From: an uncultured archaeon
GTDB lineage: Archaea; Iainarchaeota; Iainarchaeia; Iainarchaeales; UBA10191
Reading direction: 5' to 3'
Assembly: GCA_964535725.1 (NCBI GenBank)
Contig: CAZHUN010000080.1
Coordinates: 1 to 40,978 of the forward strand
DNA: 40,978 nt
Shown here: one piece after another, positions 34,768-40,978 of the stretch
Position numbering within the stretch: position 1 is the stretch's first letter
Layout of the letters: each line of letters begins with the position of its first letter
Program-made: the position numbers and the translations under genes
Notes under the pieces: model-generated
What the model saw: only the letters and a program-made list of their open reading frames with translations
What the model was told of the DNA's origin: nothing
The model's database searches: none

Positions 34768-35487
34768 ATGATGCTAGAAAGCTCCCAATCCGAGGCCAGC
34801 GAGTTCTCGGAACCAGTCGATTTGGTCGAATTAATCCACGTTCCCGACTGGAAAGGAATCTTAATCGACTTGATTAAAAGCGAAAAAATGGATCCGTGGG
34901 CGATCGACATTTCGGAATTGGCCGAAAAGTACTTGCACAAAATCCGCCAACTCGAACAGGGAAACTTGCGGCTTCCTGCCAATGCCATTCTCGCTTCGGC
35001 GATTTTGTTGAAATTCAAGGCGAAGAAGCTCCATATTGCGAGCATCGAAGAATTGGACGAACTGGCCGAACAACAGTTGGAAAACGGGCAACAGAGATTG
35101 TACGACGCGTACATTCCAGAACTGCGCCAGCCGCGCATGCTCCGCGAAGGCAAAGTGAGCTTGGAAGAACTCGTTTCGAGCATTGAAAACATTTTGCAAC
35201 AAAGCAAGCGAAAAGACTTGCTCGGAAAAAGCTTGAAAAGCGTGGACTTCATGATTCCCGCCACGACGCTCGACATCGAAGCCGCGCAAGAAGAAGTATT
35301 GCAATTGGTGGCCAACCATTCCGACGACACCGGACTGTGCCGCTTTTCCACTATCGCACTCGGAAAAGCAACCCCCAAAGTCGTGGACTATTTCATCGCG
35401 CTGTTGTTTCTCACCAATAAAGGAAAGGTCAACGCGTGGCAAGACGAATGGTTCGGCGAAATCCTAATCAGTCTAAACACTGAGTAA
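34768..35487 (+). CDS. scpA: Segregation and condensation protein A (kleisin)
   Basis: MDPWAIDISELAEKYLHKIRQLEQGNLRLPANAILASAILLKFKAK, with a C-terminal winged-helix part. A TATA-like box (tttaaata, 34733-34740) lies upstream. Confidence 0.8.
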   Translation: MMLESSQSEASEFSEPVDLVELIHVPDWKGILIDLIKSEKMDPWAIDISELAEKYLHKIRQLEQGNLRLPANAILASAILLKFKAKKLHIASIEELDELAEQQLENGQQRLYDAYIPELRQPRMLREGKVSLEELVSSIENILQQSKRKDLLGKSLKSVDFMIPATTLDIEAAQEEVLQLVANHSDDTGLCRFSTIALGKATPKVVDYFIALLFLTNKGKVNAWQDEWFGEILISLNTE

Positions 35488-35501
35488 AGCCGTCCTAGCT
35501 G

Positions 35502-35527
35502 GCGTTTTAACGCGTTTTGGGGTTTTT
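35502..35527 (+). terminator. Hairpin GCGTT-tt-AACGC followed by oligo-T tracts after scpA
   Basis: The sequence is gcgttttaacgcgttttggggttttt, with three T4-5 runs within 26 nt, typical of archaeal termination signals. Confidence 0.45.
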
Positions 35528-35563
35528 GTGTGCGGGAGATTCGTCCTGCCAGAACAGGTAAGA

Positions 35564-35600
35564 TTTCGCTAAAAAGTGAAAGTTTCACCAAATAGCGAAA
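35564..35600. promoter_or_regulatory. 37-nt nested palindrome upstream of the wHTH-MNT gene
   Basis: TTTCGCTA-aaaa-GTGAAA-g-TTTCAC-caaa-TAGCGAAA. Confidence 0.4.
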
Positions 35601-35696
35601 CTTGTCTTCTGTTCATTACAGTGAACATGTGTATTTTATATTGTAATTTCAACTTCAATCGTTATATTTAAATATGCGATTGTGTTTTGTATTGTT

Positions 35697-36245
35697 ATGC
35701 TGGAAAAATATGCATTGATCAAGGCGATTCGTTTTGTACTCTCAAAACCGATGAAAAGCTTTTCCGTTCGCGACTTGGCAAAAGAAGCAGGATTGAGTCC
35801 CGGAGCAGCACGCGTTTCTTTGGATTACATGCGCAACAAAGGAATCGCTTCCCTCAAAACTATCGGAAAAACCTACCAATACAAGGCAAATTTGGAAAGT
35901 CCATTGTGCCGCCAGTGGAAAATATTGTTCAATCTGGATAAAATTACAGACTCCAAAATTTTGGAAGAAATAACCAAAAAAATTCCACACGTAAATTCGG
36001 TTCTATTGTATGGAAGTTTTTCCAAGGGAACCAATGACGAAAAAAGCGACATCGACTTGCTGGTCGTGGCACACCAAAAAACAAAAACCGATTTGGAATT
36101 TTCGAACAAGATGGCAAAAGAAGTCAACCTTTCAATACTTTCCCTAGACGATTGGAAAAATAAAGCCGTAAAAGACAAGGTTTTTTACGAAAACGTCATC
36201 TACGACTCTATTGTATTGTTCGGAGAAAGGCCAGTGGTTTTATGA
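35697..36245 (+). CDS. wHTH-fused minimal nucleotidyltransferase (MNT, antitoxin-type)
   Basis: The N-terminal wHTH is FSVRDLAKEAGLSPGAARVSLDYMRNKGI. The NTase part is VLLYGSFSKGTNDEKSDIDLLVV. A TATA-like box (tatatttaaata, 35664-35675) lies 22-33 nt upstream of the ATG at 35697. Confidence 0.8.
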   Translation: MLEKYALIKAIRFVLSKPMKSFSVRDLAKEAGLSPGAARVSLDYMRNKGIASLKTIGKTYQYKANLESPLCRQWKILFNLDKITDSKILEEITKKIPHVNSVLLYGSFSKGTNDEKSDIDLLVVAHQKTKTDLEFSNKMAKEVNLSILSLDDWKNKAVKDKVFYENVIYDSIVLFGERPVVL

Positions 36246-36688
36246 ACGTAGAAGAATGCCTAGAACAAGGGCTTTTGGCGAAAACCGTGCCCGATTCAAA
36301 AAAAGCGTTTTCTTCAATCGAAATGGCCAAACACAAATTGGACTTGGCTGAAACCGAATTCGACAACAAACTATTCGAAAGCTCCATCATCAGCGCTTAT
36401 GCATCCATGTTTCACTCCGCACGCTCTTTATTGTTTAAAGACGGCTTCAAAGAAAGAAGCCACTTCGCCATCTACGTCTACGTCAACGAAAAATACTCCA
36501 ACAAAATCGAACGAAAATACTTAAGCGAACTCAACTCCCTGCGCCTCCAACGCCACGACCTGATGTACGGACTAGAAAGAAACACAGAAGCGCAGGAATC
36601 GAATGCAGATACTGCCATCAAAATGGCAAACGGTTTCCTCCAAGCAATCGAAAAAATAGTAAAAGAAAACAGTAAAACAAACAAATAG
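36242..36688 (+). CDS. HEPN-domain protein (toxin-type partner of MNT)
   Basis: All-helical 148 aa. The conserved-region segment LRLQRHDLMYG sits where HEPN Rx4-6H lies. Its ATG overlaps the MNT stop (ATGA). Confidence 0.75.
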   Translation: MNVEECLEQGLLAKTVPDSKKAFSSIEMAKHKLDLAETEFDNKLFESSIISAYASMFHSARSLLFKDGFKERSHFAIYVYVNEKYSNKIERKYLSELNSLRLQRHDLMYGLERNTEAQESNADTAIKMANGFLQAIEKIVKENSKTNK

Positions 36689-36726
36689 CTAGGCTGATAA
36701 AAAACACTGCAATTCTAAGCCTAACT

Positions 36727-36762
36727 TACCCTCTACAAACGATTTTCGCCAAATAGAGGGTA
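36727..36762. other. 9-bp stem hairpin TACCCTCTA-n18-TAGAGGGTA downstream of HEPN
   Basis: Seen directly. It is preceded by a 6-bp stem, TAGGCT...AGCCTA, at about 36690-36720. Confidence 0.35.
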
Positions 36763-36851
36763 AACGCTCCAAACCGTTCCTCTATATCTTGGAACAATAC
36801 GAGAAGTGGCAACGGCTCAAAGAAAGAACAGAAAAACAAGAAAACGGGGAA

Positions 36852-37495
36852 TTATAAATAGTCTAAATGTAAATATAGTTTTTGTTTTGGCGTTTTTGAA
36901 AACTGTAATCTTATAGCAAGGGCACGAATTCTTCCTGCAGCCCAGTGCCTGCCAGCTTTATCTAATTCAACAGCATAACTCAAAGCGCCAATTTTTGAAA
37001 ACAAATTAGTTTTTTGTCGTTCTAACCTTTTAAAAGATTCATAAATTTGTTTAATTTGCCTTGCAGTAGGCTTCAATCGCCCTTCTCTAGAAATTGTGGC
37101 TCCATCCCGCAAAAATCTTCCAGATTCTAGAAGAACAGATTCTTGAACTCCTCCCAATCGTTGACCCAACTTCAACAAGCGAACATTGCTCTGCTTTTTC
37201 AAAACCTTTCGAACCATAAAAAATCAGAGATATATTGTTTTCATTCTTTTTAAAACCAACTGTTTCATATAAAAACAAAAACCCGCCATTTCCCTCTCTG
37301 GCAACAAACATATCAAATCGTGAAAAAAGTATGGTGAACTCTAGATTGTTCGGCGAAATTTTTGTGAGTTTGTACAGCGCCTGAAATTATCGGAAATATT
37401 TCAAGTATTCGGTCGGAAATTGCAGAATACTGAAATAGACTAGCATAACGATGAGTAGCGTGTAGAGTATTGAAATGGTCAAGCCTTCTTACCAT
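36852..37495 (-). pseudogene. One about 213-aa ORF broken into three frames by two single-nucleotide shifts at A6/T6 runs (unknown function)
   Basis: Track ORFs 37313..37495, 37087..37311 and 36852..37217 lie in three different frames. Removing one T from each T6 run (plus-strand A6 at 37323-37328 and 37218-37223) joins them into one reading frame. Confidence 0.4.
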
Positions 37496-37509
37496 TGATA
37501 ATTTTCTCG

Positions 37510-38739
37510 TCAGCGAGTGTAAGAGTAGGGTTTTTGGAACGACATTGTGCTTGAACAGCTTCCGTTCTGGCGCTCGATTTTCAACTCGGTTGCTCCGACC
37601 ATTTGGACGACAATGATTCCAGACTGGCCCGTGCCTTCAAAGCAGTAGGTTTTCCCGTCCGGAACGACTTGGGAAAAACTCCGATTGACAGTGCCGTTGT
37701 CGGATGGCGAAAACGTCCACGTGCCCGCGCTTGTGAATGTTCCACCAATGGAAACCACTTGAAGGCTTGGGTCGAGGTTGTCGTACACGAACGCCAAGTA
37801 CTTGTCCCAATCGCTTCCAGAATCCGCGCGCGCGTCTTGGAAGAACCAATTTCCTTGCAACGTTCCCGGAACGTCTTGGGCAACGGTGCCGCACTGGTTC
37901 GCGTCATTGCGCTCGATTTTGGCGAAAAAGACTTGCTTCAACTCGTCGCCATAGTAGTCGAAAGGACATTGAATGTGCAAGGAGCGAATTCCGTAGCGTT
38001 CGGGCTTGGCGAACTGGTTTTGTATTCTCAAATCGACCAAGCCAAAGTCGAAGTTTCCTTGCAACCTTCCCACTTTTCCCATCTCCGCGCCCGCTTTCAC
38101 CAAATCCAACTTGTTCTCGCAATACTCGTAAGAGGTTCCGGGATTTTTTTGGCAAGTTCCGGAAGACTTGACTTTTTCCAAAGCGGGAGAAAGTTCTTTG
38201 ACGTGGTTGTAATAGCCGATTACGTCCTTGCAAAGAGCAAAGTAGATGGTATAATCGAAAGGGTCTTGCGTCAAACCGCTTCCGCCGCTGATGCTGGTAA
38301 TGTACACGTCTGCCGGAGCGTGCAAGGAAAACAATTCTGTGCTCGCGTCACCCGAGTTGAAGTGGAAAAAAACGTGCTCGGTGGGAAATGTATGACCGGG
38401 AGGCCCAAGGTTTCCCAAAGGTGTAATGGAGTCCACTTCTTTCAAATCCACGGGAAGCACGGAAAATATTACTCCCTCACAATCGGGAAGGGTTTGCCTT
38501 TCGGCAAGCGTGGGAATCTCGGGAGACTTTCGAAATTCTTGGCGGGAAACAATCTGGGCGTTGTCTTGTTCGGTCGGAGTTGAGTCAAATGGGCCAACAT
38601 TGGCCGATTCGACATTTTCGTCTGCGCCTGCTTCCAAAGGCTCCGAAGAGTTCGAAACGGCTTCGGGCGCATTCTGAACGCAGCCCAGCACGAGCAATGC
38701 CAACACGATTGAGGTTGCAAGGGTATGCCAACAATGCAT
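37510..38739 (-). CDS. Large secreted lipoprotein (lipobox LLVLGC), unknown function
   Basis: MHCWHTLATSIVLALLVLGC from the ATG at 38739. It has an acidic linker followed by a domain of about 330 aa containing the GHTFPTEH segment and several Cys. Confidence 0.6.
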   Translation of the reverse strand: MHCWHTLATSIVLALLVLGCVQNAPEAVSNSSEPLEAGADENVESANVGPFDSTPTEQDNAQIVSRQEFRKSPEIPTLAERQTLPDCEGVIFSVLPVDLKEVDSITPLGNLGPPGHTFPTEHVFFHFNSGDASTELFSLHAPADVYITSISGGSGLTQDPFDYTIYFALCKDVIGYYNHVKELSPALEKVKSSGTCQKNPGTSYEYCENKLDLVKAGAEMGKVGRLQGNFDFGLVDLRIQNQFAKPERYGIRSLHIQCPFDYYGDELKQVFFAKIERNDANQCGTVAQDVPGTLQGNWFFQDARADSGSDWDKYLAFVYDNLDPSLQVVSIGGTFTSAGTWTFSPSDNGTVNRSFSQVVPDGKTYCFEGTGQSGIIVVQMVGATELKIERQNGSCSSTMSFQKPYSYTR

Positions 38740-38761
38740 GCATTCGAGCACGTGGTTCAAC

Positions 38762-38769
38762 TATTTAAG
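38762..38769. promoter_or_regulatory. Single central TATA-like box (TATTTAAG) shared by divergent genes
   Basis: The spacer between the ATG at 38739 (-) and the ATG at 38791 (+) is 51 nt, and the box is centred in it. Confidence 0.45.
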
Positions 38770-38790
38770 GCTTTTTCGACACGTTCGCGT

Positions 38791-39420
38791 ATGCGACCAA
38801 AAGTTGAGCCATACGAACTGCGCTATACGCTCGGCATCGGAGACCGAACACACTCGTTGGAAAAGTACAACTTTTTTTTGCACAACGTTTCTCCGTCCCT
38901 CACCCTCGAAAAACTCGTCCAAGAACGATTGAAAGAACACCCGCTCGTTTTCGTGATGGATATCGGCTGCGGAGAGGCGAACGCGTTGAAAGAGTTGAAG
39001 GCCAAATTCAAAGACCGCGTGCACACGTGCGGCGTAGACTTGGTCAAGCCGGGAAAAATGCAAGGCGTGGACGAGTTCGTTCACGAAGACGCTTTTTCCG
39101 CTTTCCTTCCCCACAAGCAGGACATTATTGTTTCCTTTCGCTCCTTGCACGAGATTGGCCACTGCGAAGAAATGCTGAAAAAGCTGGCCGAGTGTCTTGC
39201 AGAAGGCGGGGTGGCGGTGTTGAGCGTGCGATTGCAAGAAGATCGGCACGACAGTCTGATTTGTCTGGGAGAAACAACGCACGACGACGTCGAGTTTGTG
39301 GTCAATTTGGCCAACCTCGACCACTTCGAAAAGTGCAAAGTGACTGTCTATGGCACCATGGTTCCCTATGTTCACGGAAGGTTTTTGGCCGGCGCGACCA
39401 TCGTGCTCGAAAAAGAGTGA
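38791..39420 (+). CDS. Class I SAM-dependent methyltransferase
   Basis: Motif I is VFVMDIGCGEANAL. LAEGGVAVLSV resembles the post-II/III region. I chose the ATG at 38791 by its spacing from the TATA-like box. Confidence 0.7.
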   Translation: MRPKVEPYELRYTLGIGDRTHSLEKYNFFLHNVSPSLTLEKLVQERLKEHPLVFVMDIGCGEANALKELKAKFKDRVHTCGVDLVKPGKMQGVDEFVHEDAFSAFLPHKQDIIVSFRSLHEIGHCEEMLKKLAECLAEGGVAVLSVRLQEDRHDSLICLGETTHDDVEFVVNLANLDHFEKCKVTVYGTMVPYVHGRFLAGATIVLEKE

Positions 39421-40035
39421 CTACTTTTTCGCGTGTTGATAGAGTTCGTCGACTTTTTTCCAATTGACAACATTGTAGAACGCTTCCACGTACTCGGCGC
39501 GGCGGTTCTGGTATTTCAAGTAATAACTATGTTCCCAGACATCGATGCCCAGCAACGGAACTTTTCCTTCGCTCAGGGGATTGTCCTGGTTCGCGGTGGA
39601 AACAACTTCGAGTTTTCCGTCGTTGAAAGCCAACCAGGCCCAGCCAGAACCAAAACGGTTCACGGCGGCAGCGGAAAACTGTTTTTTAAATTCTTCAAAA
39701 GAGCCGAAGTCCTTGTCGATGGTTTTTCCCAAGTCTCCGGAAGGCTTTCCGCCCGCCTTGGGCGCCATCATCTGCCAGAACAAAGAATGGTTGTAGTGTC
39801 CTCCGCCGTGGTTGCGCACGGCAGTTCGAATGTTTTCGGGAACAGAGTTCACGTTTTTCAAAATGTCTTCAATGCCCTTGTTACGCCATTCCGTGTTTCC
39901 GTCCAACGCGGCGTTCAATTTGTCCACGTACGCTTGGTGGTGCTTGTCGTGGTGGATTTTCATTGTTTGCTCGTCGATGTATGGCTCTAACGCATTGTAG
40001 GCATACGACAACGGGGGAACTTCAAATTTTGACAT
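39421..40035 (-). CDS. sod: Fe/Mn superoxide dismutase
   Basis: [29 protein letters not shown] and [22 protein letters not shown] lies 8-13 nt upstream of the ATG at 40035. Confidence 0.95.
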   Translation of the reverse strand: MSKFEVPPLSYAYNALEPYIDEQTMKIHHDKHHQAYVDKLNAALDGNTEWRNKGIEDILKNVNSVPENIRTAVRNHGGGHYNHSLFWQMMAPKAGGKPSGDLGKTIDKDFGSFEEFKKQFSAAAVNRFGSGWAWLAFNDGKLEVVSTANQDNPLSEGKVPLLGIDVWEHSYYLKYQNRRAEYVEAFYNVVNWKKVDELYQHAKK

Positions 40036-40121
40036 TCGACCAACTCCTCTATTCACAAAAGCGAAACTGCATTCTTTGAACGCCATTATTCCTTTAAAAG
40101 GCTTGCAATCCCATGCATGGC

Positions 40122-40978
40122 ATGAAAGTGCTATTTTTCGTCTGCGGAGAAGGGTTGGGACACACGACGCGCTCGGGCGCGCTCGCCCAAGCGTTGAAAA
40201 ACAAAAAGTGGAAAGTCAAAATCGGCGCGTACGGATATTCGAAAGCGGTTTTGGAAAAGAAAGGGTTTGAAACCGTTTCCATCCCCGCCGAACTCACGTT
40301 GGTCGGAAAAATGGGAGCAATCGATATCGGAGAAAGCATCAAAGCCACGCTCAACGGGAGCCACGTGTTGACTTTTCCCAAAATCGTGCAAGTGATTTCC
40401 AACGAAAAGCCGGACTTGGTCGTCAGCGACAGCTATTTTGCGGGAGTCATTGCCGCCAAGTTCAAAAAAGTTCCGTGCATTCTCGTCCTCAACCAAACCC
40501 AAGTGTCCAAACGGTTTTTGGACAATGCGGCGGTGGGCGTGAAAATCATCGGAAAGGCGGTCAAGAGTTTGACCCAGTATGTGCTGGACAGCGCAAACTT
40601 GTTGGTCGTTCCCGACTTTCCCGACCCGTACTCGATTTGCGGCGAAAACATGGGCATTCACTCTCCCCAACTCTCGGCCAAAACACGATACATTGGTCCG
40701 GTCGTTTCCAAACGTCCCGAAACCGTGAAGGCGAAAAAAGGAAACGGAAAATCCGTATTCTGCGCAGTTGGCGCTTTCGGATACCGGAAAAAGATTTTCG
40801 ACAAAGTGTTGCAAGTGGCGAAAAAACAGAAAAACGTACAATTTTATTTTCAAAGCGGTCCGAACATTTCCCTTTCCAAAAAAGGCCTGCCCAAAAACGT
40901 GGAAATCGTTTCGCTCGAATACCCGGCCAAGTACTTTCAAAAATGCGATTTGGTCATTACGCACGGCGGACACAGCAC
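40122..40978 (+). CDS. GT-B glycosyltransferase (MurG/UDP-glycosyltransferase-like), 3' end runs off the window
   Basis: Absent from the track because there is no stop in the window. My translation is [25 protein letters not shown]...[17 protein letters not shown]...[16 protein letters not shown]-like box (tttaaaa, 40093-40099) lies 23-29 nt upstream. Confidence 0.8.
   Translation, partial: MKVLFFVCGEGLGHTTRSGALAQALKNKKWKVKIGAYGYSKAVLEKKGFETVSIPAELTLVGKMGAIDIGESIKATLNGSHVLTFPKIVQVISNEKPDLVVSDSYFAGVIAAKFKKVPCILVLNQTQVSKRFLDNAAVGVKIIGKAVKSLTQYVLDSANLLVVPDFPDPYSICGENMGIHSPQLSAKTRYIGPVVSKRPETVKAKKGNGKSVFCAVGAFGYRKKIFDKVLQVAKKQKNVQFYFQSGPNISLSKKGLPKNVEIVSLEYPAKYFQKCDLVITHGGHS

Noticed and set aside
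1-40978. CRISPR array or other regularly spaced repeat array
   Set aside because: I saw no series of three or more near-identical 24-40-nt repeats with uniform spacers. The only phased repeats are the short pairs reported at 14700-14741 and 22779-22849.

Overview
The window is a gene-dense chromosomal fragment, about 55 CDS on both strands, with no rRNA, tRNA or CRISPR array detected. I infer it comes from an archaeon with a small DPANN-like gene repertoire. Archaeal markers are diphthine synthase, Trm5, NucS/EndoMS, a CDP-alcohol phosphatidyltransferase, DUF63-like and DUF357-like proteins, and A/T boxes centred about 26 nt upstream of most ATGs, which suggests leaderless transcripts. Some enzymes look bacterial: Adk, an M18 aminopeptidase and class I NrdAB. 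Most content is housekeeping: partial Lhr-like helicase, enolase, M24 and M18 peptidases, DHH-DHHA1 phosphoesterase, FtsZ, MFS transporter, CTP synthase, acylphosphatase, NrdA/NrdB, NrdG-like radical-SAM activase, diadenylate cyclase, Adk, Nth, KaiC-like ATPase, ScpA, Fe/Mn SOD and a partial glycosyltransferase. The parts worth a second look are as follows. (1) Three low-GC islets carry mobile or toxin-antitoxin-type genes: LAGLIDADG plus NTase at 0.9-2.5 kb, RelE/HigB-like plus a convergent RHH-like ORF at 3.9-4.6 kb, and wHTH-MNT/HEPN plus a twice-frameshifted ORF at 35.5-37.5 kb. (2) The NrdB has the class Ic signature (Phe at the radical-Tyr position, Glu as first metal ligand). It sits next to a two-ATP-cone NrdA and an orphan NrdG-like activase. 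(3) A secreted Cys-rich protein, a lipoprotein and a ferric-reductase-like dihaem membrane protein form an apparent operon, divergent from a membrane-tethered wHTH protein. (4) Four divergent gene pairs lie exactly 51-52 nt apart around a single central palindromic TATA-like box. (5) The DAC-domain cyclase is tail-anchored. No complete known defence system is recognisable. All functional calls rest on motif reading by eye, not on searches.
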